From: Acidimicrobiia bacterium
GTDB taxonomy: Bacteria; Actinomycetota; Acidimicrobiia; Spongiisociales; UBA4744
DNA length: 64,000 bases
Direction: 5' to 3'
Assembly (NCBI GenBank): GCA_029863625.1
Contig: JAOTUY010000003.1
Coordinates: forward strand, 16,261 to 80,260
A program made the translations under genes and the position numbers. Positions 55,172 through 64,000 of the stretch are shown one piece after another (positions within the stretch are counted from its first letter, which is position 1; every line of letters begins with the position of its first letter). The notes under the pieces were generated by a model. It ran no database searches, had not been told where the DNA came from, and was given only the letters and a program-made list of their open reading frames with translations.

Positions 55172-56311
55172 TCACACCTTCAGATGAGCGCGTGGGTTTT
55201 CGTCGGATTCGAACTGGTCGCGGAAGGCCTGCAACGCCTTCTTTGCGTCATGCGACAGTTTGGTCGGTACCACCACTTCAACGGTGGCAAGGAGGTCGCC
55301 TTTGCGACCACGCGGTCGTTGAACGCCGCGGCCGCGTACCCGAAACGTCCTGCCGCTCTTGGTTCCGGCCGGCACCTTGAGCCGCACCGCACCATCCAGA
55401 GTCGGCACCTCGATCTGGGCGCCGAGGGTGGCCTCGGTGAACGTGACCGGAAGCTTCACGGTGATGTCGTCGCCTTTGCGTTTGAAGATGGGATGACGAG
55501 CAACATGCGTCTTGACAAGTAGATCTCCGGAGGGTGCGCCATTCCGGCCCGGGGAGCCCTTGCCTTTGAGCCGGACGGTGGCACCATCACGAACACCGGC
55601 CGGGATCTTGATATTGAGGGTTCGCGACCGCATCTCGGTGCCGCGGCCTCCGCACGTGTGACACGGCTGCTGGATGACTCGACCCGACCCGGCACAGTTG
55701 CGGCACGGCTGGGTCATCGAGAAGAAACCTTGACTCTGGGCCGTCATCCCGGAACCGCCACACACCGGACACGTCTCAACGGAGGTGCCGGGCTCGGCTC
55801 CGGAGCCGTGGCAGGTGCGACACGATGCCTCGCCCTGGACGGCGACGGAGGTCGTAACCCCGGTGATGGCGTCTTCAAACGAGAGGTGAAGTTCGGTGGC
55901 CAGGTCGGCGCCACGCTGCGGACCGCTTTGAGTGCGGCCGCCAAATCCGAACAAATCCCCAAGGCCGCCGCCCATGCCGCCGAGGAGGTCGCCGAGATCT
56001 TCCACACGCACTCGCTGGCCGCCACCACCAAAGCCGCCTGTTCCGCCGGGGGCACCGAAGCCGCGGAAGCCCCCCGAGTCGACCATTTGACGGACCTGGT
56101 CGTATTCCTGTCGCTGTTCCTGGTCGGAAAGGGTGGCGTTTGCCTCAGAGATGTCTTTGAACTTCTCCTCGGCAGTCTGGTCGCCCGCGTTGGCGTCCGG
56201 ATGGTATTGCTGGGCGAGCTTGCGGTAGGCCTTTTTGATCTCGTCGGCCGACGCTCCTTTCGAAACGCCGAGGACCTTGTAAAAGTCCTTCTCGACCCAG
56301 TCCCTATTCAT
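55172..56311 (-). CDS. dnaJ: Chaperone DnaJ
   Basis: Start [11 protein letters not shown]; J-domain HPD, G/F-rich region, four CxxCxGxG repeats. Confidence 0.97.
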   Translation of the reverse strand: MNRDWVEKDFYKVLGVSKGASADEIKKAYRKLAQQYHPDANAGDQTAEEKFKDISEANATLSDQEQRQEYDQVRQMVDSGGFRGFGAPGGTGGFGGGGQRVRVEDLGDLLGGMGGGLGDLFGFGGRTQSGPQRGADLATELHLSFEDAITGVTTSVAVQGEASCRTCHGSGAEPGTSVETCPVCGGSGMTAQSQGFFSMTQPCRNCAGSGRVIQQPCHTCGGRGTEMRSRTLNIKIPAGVRDGATVRLKGKGSPGRNGAPSGDLLVKTHVARHPIFKRKGDDITVKLPVTFTEATLGAQIEVPTLDGAVRLKVPAGTKSGRTFRVRGRGVQRPRGRKGDLLATVEVVVPTKLSHDAKKALQAFRDQFESDENPRAHLKV

Positions 56312-56888
56312 GATCGACCGCGACCAGAGCGGCGCGCAGCAAGCGGCCTCTGAGCGTGTAGCCACGCCGCATTTCCTGGGTGACGATCAACCGGCCGCTA
56401 GCGGGCTCGGGGGCCAAAACCGCTTCGTGCAGCTCAGGGTTGAACTCGGATCCGACCGTCGGGACGGTCTCGAGACCTTCCTTGCCCAGCGTGTCGAGCA
56501 GCAGATTCAGTGTGCCGCGGACGCCGTCGAGGAGTTTCTTTTCGGCCGGCGTTTCCGCTTCGGTGGTCAAGGCCGCCTCCAGCGTGTCGAGGGTCGGCAT
56601 CAGGCCGATCACAACACGTTGGGAGGCGCGCTCGATGTTTTCGACCTGATCCCGCAACATCCGCTTGCGAAAGTTGTCGAAATCTGCGGCCACGCGCTGA
56701 AGATCCGCCAGGTATGACCCGGCCTCCTCGCGAGCCGCATCCAGCTCACCAAGCAGAAGCTGGATGGCGCCGGCAGCGTCTCCCGGAAGCTCCAATCCAA
56801 GGGTGTGCGGGTCGATGGAACGAGGCTCCTCGGCGACGACGATCTCGTCGGAACCGGGTTGGGCGCTCACGTCGTTGGGTTCACTCAC
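56304..56888 (-). CDS. grpE: Nucleotide exchange factor GrpE
   Basis: [36 protein letters not shown]. Confidence 0.95.
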   Translation of the reverse strand: MSEPNDVSAQPGSDEIVVAEEPRSIDPHTLGLELPGDAAGAIQLLLGELDAAREEAGSYLADLQRVAADFDNFRKRMLRDQVENIERASQRVVIGLMPTLDTLEAALTTEAETPAEKKLLDGVRGTLNLLLDTLGKEGLETVPTVGSEFNPELHEAVLAPEPASGRLIVTQEMRRGYTLRGRLLRAALVAVDHE

Positions 56889-56917
56889 TGCTCATTGCTC
56901 CTGGGTGATGAGAGCAC

Positions 56918-58759
56918 CTAGCCCTCATCACCCTCGTCGATGATCTCGGCTTCGACGACCTCGTCGTCATCGTCGCCGTCTGCGGTGCCGTCTGCGGTGC
57001 CGTCTGCGGTGCTCTGGGCGGCTTGCTGCTGGTAGAGACGCTGCGCTAGAGCTTGCGATGCTTGCAGCACGGCATCCATCTTGGGCCTCAGTGTGTCTGG
57101 AGTGGCGTCCTTGTTCTCCGTCTCGGTTCGTAGTTCCGCCAGCGCCGAATCGATGGCGGCCTTTTCCTCGTCGTTGAGTTGATCGGCCTGCTCTTCCAAG
57201 AGCTTCTCGGTCTGATGGACAACCTGCTCGGCCTGGTTGTGGGTCTCGGCCGCTTCTCGTCGGATCCGGTCTTCCTCGGCGTGGGCTTCGGCATCCTTGA
57301 TCATGGCGTCGATGTCATCGTCGGCCAGCGCGGTTCCGCCGGTAATGGTCATCGCCTGTTCCTTGCCGGTCCCGAGGTCCTTGGCGGTTACGTGGACGAT
57401 TCCGTTTGCATCGATATCGAAGGTCACTTCGATTTGGGGCAGACCCATCGGCGCCGGCGGTAGGCCGGTGAGGCGGAACTTACCGAGGCTCTTGTTGTCG
57501 TTCGCCATCTGCCGTTCACCCTGGAGAACGTGGATCTCAACTTCCGGCTGGTTGTTCTCAGCCGTGGTGAAGGTCTCTGAGCGTCGGGTAGGGATCGTTG
57601 TATTTCGTTCGATCATCTTGGTTGAGATACCGCCCTTGGTCTCGATGCTGAGGGTCAGGGGGGTAACGTCGAGGAGCAGGATGTCCTTGACATCGCCTTT
57701 CAAGACACCCGCCTGCAGCACCGCCCCGGCGGCAACGACCTCGTCTGGGTTTACGCCCTTGTGGGGTTCCTTTCCTGCGGTCAGTTCGCGGATCAGATCC
57801 TGAACGGCGGGCATACGGGTTGAGCCTCCAACCAAAACGACGTCGTCGATATCGGAGACCTTGATTCCGGCATCCTTGATCGCTTGATGAAACGGTGCCT
57901 TGCACTTCTCGAGCAAACCGTCGGTTAGCTTCTGAAACTCGGAGCGGGTCAGCTTCTTCTGAAGGTGAAGGGGTCCCTCCGCCGTGGCTGTGATAAAGGG
58001 AAGGTTGATCTCGGTTTCGGCCACCGACGACAATTCGATCTTGGCCTTCTCGGCGGCTTCCTTCAGTCGCTGCAATGCCATCCGATCCTTTGAGAGATCG
58101 ACGCCGCTCTCGTTCTTGAACTCGGCGACCAACCAATCCATGACCGCATCGTCCCAGTCATCGCCCCCCAACTTGGTGTTGCCGCTGGTCGACTTGACCT
58201 CGAAGACGCCCTCACCGATGTCGAGCAGTGAGACGTCGAAGGTTCCACCGCCGAGGTCGAAGACGAGGATCGTGTGATCGTGCTGTTTGTCGAGTCCGTA
58301 TGCCAGCGAAGAGGCGGTCGGCTCGTTGACGATGCGGAGTACTTCGAGTCCGGCGATCTGGCCGGCTTCCTTGGTGGCCTGTCGTTGCGCATCGTTGAAG
58401 TAGGCCGGAACCGTGATAACCGCCTCAGTCACTTTGTCACCGAGGAAGGATTCGGCATCCCTCTTCAACTTCATCAGGATGCGCGCCGAGATCTCCTGAG
58501 CCGTGTACATCTTGCCGTCGATGTCAAACTTCTTGTCGGTTCCCATATAGCGCTTGACCGACCGGATGGTCCGGTCCGGGTTGGTGATCGCCTGGCGCTT
58601 GGCGACTTCGCCGACGAGGACTTCGTCGTCCTTGAACGCCACCACCGACGGGGTGGTGCGCTGACCTTCCGCGTTGGGAATGATGGTGGGTTCGCCACCT
58701 TCCAATACGGCGATTGCGCTGTTGGTGGTTCCGAGATCGATGCCTACTACCTTTGCCAT
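56918..58759 (-). CDS. dnaK: Chaperone DnaK
   Basis: [38 protein letters not shown]. Confidence 0.98.
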   Translation of the reverse strand: MAKVVGIDLGTTNSAIAVLEGGEPTIIPNAEGQRTTPSVVAFKDDEVLVGEVAKRQAITNPDRTIRSVKRYMGTDKKFDIDGKMYTAQEISARILMKLKRDAESFLGDKVTEAVITVPAYFNDAQRQATKEAGQIAGLEVLRIVNEPTASSLAYGLDKQHDHTILVFDLGGGTFDVSLLDIGEGVFEVKSTSGNTKLGGDDWDDAVMDWLVAEFKNESGVDLSKDRMALQRLKEAAEKAKIELSSVAETEINLPFITATAEGPLHLQKKLTRSEFQKLTDGLLEKCKAPFHQAIKDAGIKVSDIDDVVLVGGSTRMPAVQDLIRELTAGKEPHKGVNPDEVVAAGAVLQAGVLKGDVKDILLLDVTPLTLSIETKGGISTKMIERNTTIPTRRSETFTTAENNQPEVEIHVLQGERQMANDNKSLGKFRLTGLPPAPMGLPQIEVTFDIDANGIVHVTAKDLGTGKEQAMTITGGTALADDDIDAMIKDAEAHAEEDRIRREAAETHNQAEQVVHQTEKLLEEQADQLNDEEKAAIDSALAELRTETENKDATPDTLRPKMDAVLQASQALAQRLYQQQAAQSTADGTADGTADGDDDDEVVEAEIIDEGDEG

Positions 58760-58820
58760 GTGGTCACCTCGCTGTGTGGCTGGCTTGCTGTTCAGAATTT
58801 AGCGTGATCACATTGTATAA

Positions 58821-58841
58821 CCTGAGTGGGGTATTGTCATA
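58821..58841. promoter_or_regulatory. Possible degenerate HAIR site upstream of dnaK
   Basis: CCTGAGT-N7-TGTCATA in the AT-rich dnaK leader; only the left arm matches well. Confidence 0.35.
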
Positions 58842-58891
58842 TTTCATATTTCTTGCCACACGGGTTGATTGCTCGGAGGCGATGCGGTACG

Positions 58892-58915
58892 ATACATAGA
58901 CCAACATCGATATAT
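58892..58915. promoter_or_regulatory. Imperfect inverted repeat before arsM (possible ArsR-type operator)
   Basis: ATACATAGAC-CAAC-ATCGATATAT (7/10 symmetric), immediately before the AGGAG SD. Confidence 0.4.
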
Positions 58916-58925
58916 AGGAGTCGCC

Positions 58926-59651
58926 ATGGCGGATATCAAGGAAGCAGTTCGGAAGCGTTACGCAACTGCGGCGTTGCAGGTTCGTGAAACTGGCTCGTGT
59001 TGTGGGCCCGATCCGGCCGCGGGCGACGGGCTTGGTGCTGAGTTGTACGAAGCTCTCGAGACACAGGGATTGCCCGACACGGCCCGGCTGGCCTCACTCG
59101 GATGCGGAAACCCGACTGCGGTCGCCGCTCTCGCAGCAGGAGAAGTGGTACTCGATCTCGGTTCGGGCGGTGGACTCGATGTGTTCCTCTCCGCTCGCCG
59201 GGTCGGGGCAGGCGGCAGGGTGTACGGACTCGACATGACCGAAGAGATGTTGGAGCTGGCCCGTCGTAACCAGGCGGAAGCGGGTATCGAAAACGTCGAG
59301 TTTCTCAAAGGCGAGATCGAGGCTATTCCGTTGCCGGACGACTCGATCGACGTCATCATCTCCAACTGCGTGGTCAATTTGTCTGTCGATAAGCCGGGCG
59401 TGTTCGGCGAAGCGCACCGGGTGCTCAAACCGGGCGGCCGGTTCGCGGTGACCGACATCATTACGACCCGCCGGTTCACTGAGGAGGAACAATCGGATTT
59501 GGCCGCCTGGACGGGGTGTCTGGCCGGCGCCCTCTATCAGGACGACTTCGTTGCCGGTCTCGAGCAGGCCGGATTCCACGAGGTTCAGGTGGAGGTCACG
59601 CACGAGGTTGCGCCCGACGCAGTCAGCGCCATCATCCGGGCCACTGCCTGA
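58926..59651 (+). CDS. arsM: Arsenite S-adenosylmethyltransferase-like protein
   Basis: [61 protein letters not shown]. Confidence 0.88.
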   Translation: MADIKEAVRKRYATAALQVRETGSCCGPDPAAGDGLGAELYEALETQGLPDTARLASLGCGNPTAVAALAAGEVVLDLGSGGGLDVFLSARRVGAGGRVYGLDMTEEMLELARRNQAEAGIENVEFLKGEIEAIPLPDDSIDVIISNCVVNLSVDKPGVFGEAHRVLKPGGRFAVTDIITTRRFTEEEQSDLAAWTGCLAGALYQDDFVAGLEQAGFHEVQVEVTHEVAPDAVSAIIRATA

Positions 59652-59694
59652 ACCTGATCTCTCCGGGCCCAACCTGCCCTAGATTGAGCGTTCG

Positions 59695-60867
59695 ATGAGC
59701 GATTCTCTGACGATCCATGGCGGGCGGGTTCTGACCTTCGATGGCATGGTTGAGTCCGATCTGGGGAGTGAGGACGGGCTCATCTGCCGCCCGGTACCCG
59801 GCCGGGCGGACGTGATCATCGATGCTGAAGGCCTGTTAGTTGCGCCGGGGCTCATCGACCTTCAGACCAACGGTGGCTTCGGTCACGACTTCACGGCCGA
59901 TCCTTCGGCCATTTGGGAGGTCGGCAGGCAGCTGCCGGTCACCGGCGTCACTTCGTTTCTGCCAACCGTTATCACCTCGCCGGCGGATCAACGAGTCGCT
60001 GCACTTCAATCCATAGCCGCGGGTCCACCGCCCCAATACCGAGGGGCTCGCGTCCTGGGGCTCCACTTCGAGGGGCCCATGCTTGCCCCGGAACGACGCG
60101 GGACTCATGAGCCTGCCCATCTGCGCCTGCCGGACTTGGACGTGGTGGATGGCTGGGGAAGAGCCGAGGGGATTCGCCTCGTGACTCTGGCCCCGGAGCT
60201 GGCCGGGGCGGAGGTGGTGATCCGGGCGTTGCTCGATCGGGGGGTGGTAGTCGCGGCGGGACACTCAGCAGCTACTTACCAGGAGGGAGTGGCCGCGCTC
60301 GAGTCCGGATTGACCCACGGCACGCACCTGTTCAACGGGATGCCTCCACTGGCTCCTCGCGAACCTGGTTTGGTTGGGGCATTGCTGGAAGACCCCGACG
60401 CGTCGGTTGCGGTCATCGTCGACGGGATCCACCTGCATCCGGCCACCATTCGTTTCGTTCGAGCATGTAAACCGGCGCACCGGGTGGTGCTGATCACCGA
60501 CGCCATGGCAGGTATGGGCGCCGGTCCCGGGGCGTATGCGCTTGGCGACCTGGTTATCACCGTTGACGAGACTTCTGCCCGCAGCGCCCACGGGGTCCTG
60601 GCCGGCACCATCCTCACCCTCGACCAGGCGGTGCGCAATTATGTCGCGTTCACCGGGTGCCCGCAGGCGGAGGCGCTGTCGGCTGCTTCGGCCAATCCTG
60701 CCTCGGTAATCGGGGAGTCCGCCCGCGGACGAATCGAAGCAGGAAAAGTGGCCGACCTGATCATTCTGAATGATCAATTGGCCGTTCAGGCGACCATTAT
60801 CGACGGGGTGCTGGCCCACTACGTCGCTGGTTTCGCTGATCGAGTGGCGGGTCGGAAGACGGTCTGA
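59695..60867 (+). CDS. nagA: N-acetylglucosamine-6-phosphate deacetylase
   Basis: PGLIDLQTNG, GLHFEGP, VTLAPE, AGHS, THLFNGM, DGIHLHP, ITDAM, LAGT. Confidence 0.93.
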   Translation: MSDSLTIHGGRVLTFDGMVESDLGSEDGLICRPVPGRADVIIDAEGLLVAPGLIDLQTNGGFGHDFTADPSAIWEVGRQLPVTGVTSFLPTVITSPADQRVAALQSIAAGPPPQYRGARVLGLHFEGPMLAPERRGTHEPAHLRLPDLDVVDGWGRAEGIRLVTLAPELAGAEVVIRALLDRGVVVAAGHSAATYQEGVAALESGLTHGTHLFNGMPPLAPREPGLVGALLEDPDASVAVIVDGIHLHPATIRFVRACKPAHRVVLITDAMAGMGAGPGAYALGDLVITVDETSARSAHGVLAGTILTLDQAVRNYVAFTGCPQAEALSAASANPASVIGESARGRIEAGKVADLIILNDQLAVQATIIDGVLAHYVAGFADRVAGRKTV

Positions 60868-60894
60868 ACAGTCAACGAACGCGGGCAGCAACTG

Positions 60895-60926
60895 GACATA
60901 CTGTCTTGCTAGATAGACAGTATGTC
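60895..60926. promoter_or_regulatory. Tandem TetR-type operator upstream of the ABC exporter operon
   Basis: Perfect 12-8-12 inverted repeat GACATACTGTCT-TGCTAGAT-AGACAGTATGTC; each arm is itself a GACA-N3-TGTC palindrome. Confidence 0.75.
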
Positions 60927-60964
60927 GATACACTCCTGAGGACTAGTAGAGGAGTGATTTCCAC

Positions 60965-61921
60965 GTGACCACATTCACCAAGGGCACCCCGGTCATTGTT
61001 GCTGATGGGTTGTCCAAGTCCTTCGGCGATACCCGGGCCGTTCAAGATGTTTCTTTCGAAGCGTGGGCAGGCAGTGTTTTCGCCCTGCTCGGACCAAACG
61101 GGGCGGGCAAGACCACCACGATCAACATGTTGACGACCTTGTTACCGATCGATGATGGGCGAGCATCCGTTGCCGGATTCGACCTTTCCCGCCGTCCGGA
61201 CGCGGTGCGCCGGGTTATCGGGTTGGCCGGACAGGCTGCGGCTGTCGATGAGAAGCTGACGGCCCGCGAGAACCTTGATTTGTTCGGCCGCTTATACAGA
61301 ATCCCCAAGGCCGAGCGGAAGCTCCGTGTTGAGGAGCTGATCGAGGGCTTCCGCATGGGCGACTACGCCGACCGCACGGTCGGTACCTGCTCGGGTGGGC
61401 AGCGTCGCCGCCTCGATGTGGTAGCCAGTCTGATTGCCAAGCCTCTTGCCCTTTTTCTCGATGAACCGACCACCGGTCTCGATCCGCGCAGCCGGGTCGA
61501 GCTGTGGGACGAGATCCGCGGGTTGGCCGATCGGGGGACCGCTGTTGTATTAACGACCCAGTATCTAGAGGAGGCCGATCGGCTGGCCGACTACATCTTG
61601 ATCATGGACGAAGGCCGGGCCGTGGTCACCGGGACGGCACGTGAACTCAAGGACGATCTGAAGCGGGACGTTCTGGAGGTCCACTTCACCTCGGGGGAGG
61701 AGCTCGAGCGGGCAGTGAAGGCGCTCGGAGGGTTCGCAGACGAATACGGAGCCAACCCGGCTGCCAAGCAACTGACCATCCCGGTCACCGGTGGCTCTGC
61801 GAGCAGTCTGAAGCTGCTCCGTCGCATCGAGGATTCGGGCATTCCCGTAGTCGATTTTCAATACCGGCGGCCGACACTGGATGACGTATTCCTCACCCAC
61901 ACCTATAGCGCGACTGCCTGA
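60965..61921 (+). CDS. DrrA-like ABC exporter ATP-binding protein
   Basis: LLGPNGAGKTT, AVDEKLTARENL, SGGQRRRLD, LDEPTTGLDPRSR, RPTLDDVFL. Confidence 0.92.
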   Translation: MTTFTKGTPVIVADGLSKSFGDTRAVQDVSFEAWAGSVFALLGPNGAGKTTTINMLTTLLPIDDGRASVAGFDLSRRPDAVRRVIGLAGQAAAVDEKLTARENLDLFGRLYRIPKAERKLRVEELIEGFRMGDYADRTVGTCSGGQRRRLDVVASLIAKPLALFLDEPTTGLDPRSRVELWDEIRGLADRGTAVVLTTQYLEEADRLADYILIMDEGRAVVTGTARELKDDLKRDVLEVHFTSGEELERAVKALGGFADEYGANPAAKQLTIPVTGGSASSLKLLRRIEDSGIPVVDFQYRRPTLDDVFLTHTYSATA

Positions 61922-61933
61922 TCGGAGACTGTC

Positions 61934-62731
61934 ATGACTGAGCTTTCATTCCCCACGCCAACCATCTCCGACAAGGTTCGCTGGGCATTGCAGGACACCG
62001 CGACGATTACGTGGCGGGACATGGTGCGTACCTCCCGCCAACCAGAGATGCTCGCCTTCGCCGTGATCATGGGGATGTTTTTCCTGCTCCTCTTCAACTA
62101 CGTGTTTGGGGGAGCGATCGGCGCCGGGACCGGTGTGGACTACATCCAGTTTCTTGTTCCTGGAGTGTTTGTCATCACTGCCCTGCAAGGCGCCCAGCAG
62201 ACCAGCACCGGTCTCGCCCAGGACCTATCAGAAGGAGTGATCAGCCGATTCCGCTCGCTGCCCATGAATCAGGTGGCGGTGATTGCCGGGCGGACCGTTG
62301 CCGATGCGGCTCGCAACGTGATCGGCGTCTTGCTCGTCGCCGGCGTCGGGTATTTGATGGGCTTTCGCTTCGCGTCGCTGGGAGGAGCGGCGGCCGCCAT
62401 CGCGCTCACCATCGCGATCGGTTATGCCTTCTCGTGGCTGGGCGCGGCGATTGCTGCCAAGCTCCGCAACCCGGAGATGGTGGGGATGCTGAGCATGTTC
62501 TGGTTGTTCCCGCTGATGATGGCGAGCAGTGCGTTCACCCCGACCGCCACCATGCCCAAGTGGCTCAAGGCCTTCGCCGACAATCAACCGATCTCGGTCG
62601 CCTCGGATGCGGTACGGGCCCTGGTCGATGGCCGACCGGCCGGATCGGACTCGCTGTACGCCATCATCTGGGTCATCGTGCTGCTGGCCGCCTTCATTCC
62701 CCTGACGACCCACCTCTACAAGAAGGTCTGA
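61934..62731 (+). CDS. DrrB-like ABC-2 permease
   Basis: YIQFLVPG, GVISRFRSLPM, FPLMMASSAF, WLKAFADNQP. Confidence 0.92.
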   Translation: MTELSFPTPTISDKVRWALQDTATITWRDMVRTSRQPEMLAFAVIMGMFFLLLFNYVFGGAIGAGTGVDYIQFLVPGVFVITALQGAQQTSTGLAQDLSEGVISRFRSLPMNQVAVIAGRTVADAARNVIGVLLVAGVGYLMGFRFASLGGAAAAIALTIAIGYAFSWLGAAIAAKLRNPEMVGMLSMFWLFPLMMASSAFTPTATMPKWLKAFADNQPISVASDAVRALVDGRPAGSDSLYAIIWVIVLLAAFIPLTTHLYKKV

Positions 62732-62732
62732 A

Positions 62733-63308
62733 ATGGAGGCAAAGCGCTCAGGACCGACTCCGCAGGAGCAGATTGCCGAGGCGGCGCTGACCTTGATTTC
62801 CGAACGCGGTCTGGCCGGGGTGACCATGTCCGCGGTTGCCCGCGAGGCCGGTGTGGCGCGCCAGACTCTGTACAACCACTATCCCGACCTAGAGAGCATC
62901 GTGACCGCCGCCATCGAGCAGCACGAGCGGTTGGGCCTGTTCCAAGCTCGGCAATTGCTCGAGGGACATGAGGGGGCAGCTGCCAAGCTCGAGCAGCTCA
63001 TCAGGCATGCAGTGGTGATGGGCGCTCACGGACATGCCCCGGCGTCGCTGGAAAGCAGCCTGTCGCCCCGAGCCCAAGAGGGATTGCGCATCCACCGCAG
63101 CCACACCAGGGAGATGGTCATCGAGATCCTCGAGGAGGGAGTAGCGGAGGGGGTCTTCCGCCCGGACCTCGATCCTGAAATCGATGCGATCTTCATTCAG
63201 GAAGTGCTCGTTCCCGGTCCAGATCGAGAGGAAGCAGCTGATTTGTCCCTGGTGGCCGGCGCGACCGTCCGCTTCGTGCTGGCGGCGGTGAAGGTGGCTC
63301 AGGGCTGA
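62733..63308 (+). CDS. TetR/AcrR family regulator
   Basis: IAEAALTLISERGLAGVTMSAVAREAGVARQTLYNHYP. Confidence 0.92.
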   Translation: MEAKRSGPTPQEQIAEAALTLISERGLAGVTMSAVAREAGVARQTLYNHYPDLESIVTAAIEQHERLGLFQARQLLEGHEGAAAKLEQLIRHAVVMGAHGHAPASLESSLSPRAQEGLRIHRSHTREMVIEILEEGVAEGVFRPDLDPEIDAIFIQEVLVPGPDREEAADLSLVAGATVRFVLAAVKVAQG

Positions 63309-63365
63309 GTCTTGGCCTCCTGAGCGCTTGCTAGCTTCAGATCAACACATCCGCGAGGAGGAAGC

Positions 63366-64000
63366 ATGGTCGCGCAGCTCTACATCGATGGAACGTGGAC
63401 CGACGCTGCGGAGGGCGGCACCCTCGAAACCAGAAACCCTGCCACCGGTGAGGTTATCGCCGAATACGCCGCCGGGTCACCTGCTGATGTCGATCGGGCC
63501 GTCGCTGCCGCCCGCAGAGCATTCGACGATGGACCATGGGGGCCCGACTCGCTACCGCGCGAACGCGCAACCATCCTCTTCAACGCTGCCGAGATTATGC
63601 GGCGCGACCGGGAATTGCTGGCCGAAATGGAAACCCGCGACAACGGCAAGCTCTATGGCGACGCTCTGGAAGACATCGATGAAGCGGCGTTCATGTTCGA
63701 GTATTACGCCGGGTGGACCACCAAAGTCATGGGATCGATCCCGCCGGTGGGACCGGATGCGATGAGCCTGATCATCAAGGAACCGATCGGAGTTGCGGCC
63801 CTGATTACGCCCTGGAACTACCCGGCGTTGATGGCCAGCCAGAAGATAGCTCCAGCGCTCGCGGCCGGGTGTACCGCCATCCTCAAACCTGCTTCGCCGA
63901 CGCCTTTGACCTCGCTTGAGCTGGCCCGAATCCTCGCCGAGGCGGGCCTCCCCGCCGGCGTCTTCAACGTGCTGAACGGGCCGGGTTCCAGCATCGGCGA
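63366..64000 (+). CDS. Aldehyde dehydrogenase (5' part, runs off window)
   Basis: Manual translation from ATG 63366: MVAQLYIDGTW...NPATGEVI...AVAAARRAF...EPIGVAALITPWNYP...KIAPALAAGCTAILKPA. Not in the ORF track. Confidence 0.93.
   Translation, partial: MVAQLYIDGTWTDAAEGGTLETRNPATGEVIAEYAAGSPADVDRAVAAARRAFDDGPWGPDSLPRERATILFNAAEIMRRDRELLAEMETRDNGKLYGDALEDIDEAAFMFEYYAGWTTKVMGSIPPVGPDAMSLIIKEPIGVAALITPWNYPALMASQKIAPALAAGCTAILKPASPTPLTSLELARILAEAGLPAGVFNVLNGPGSSIG

Overview
High-GC bacterial chromosomal segment, most likely from an actinomycete. The dnaK-grpE-dnaJ-hspR operon supports this, and the Thr-rich lipoproteins suggest Acidimicrobiia (inference). Most of the window is housekeeping: two purine clusters (purC-purS-purQ and purA-purD-purE-purB), an Asp23/AmaP envelope operon, a Fur/Zur-regulated metal ABC system, a polyphosphate/phosphate neighbourhood (CYTH-CHAD, NUDIX, ppk1, sixA, PhoU-like, Na/Pi cotransporter), two amino-acid ABC systems around dxs, SPFH/NfeD, clpB, archease-mscL-rtcB, the DnaK operon, arsM, nagA, a Drr-like ABC exporter with TetR, and a truncated aldehyde dehydrogenase. 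No rRNA, tRNA, CRISPR array, integrase or transposase was found. Three things stand out. (1) A tightly coupled three-gene operon (16125-21717, minus strand) led by a 1328-aa protein: signal peptide, Cys-rich domain, three PKD/Ig-like repeats, a TSP3-like Ca-binding motif, a probable TM helix, and a C-terminal domain carrying the ordered catalytic motif set of class II (edema factor/CyaA/ExoY-like) nucleotidyl cyclases. A zinc-ribbon protein and a small membrane protein follow it. (2) A four-helix-bundle (23S-IVS/Avd-like) gene enclosed by inverted heptamer tandem arrays, with many gene-less elements of similar architecture in other intergenic spaces. (3) A tandem pair of small paralogous single-TM peptides sharing an RG-YRH...K..WWT.G motif. 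A multiply frameshifted OsmC-like pseudogene and a 58-aa gene missed by the ORF track were also found. All family assignments come from motif recognition by eye; no database search was run.
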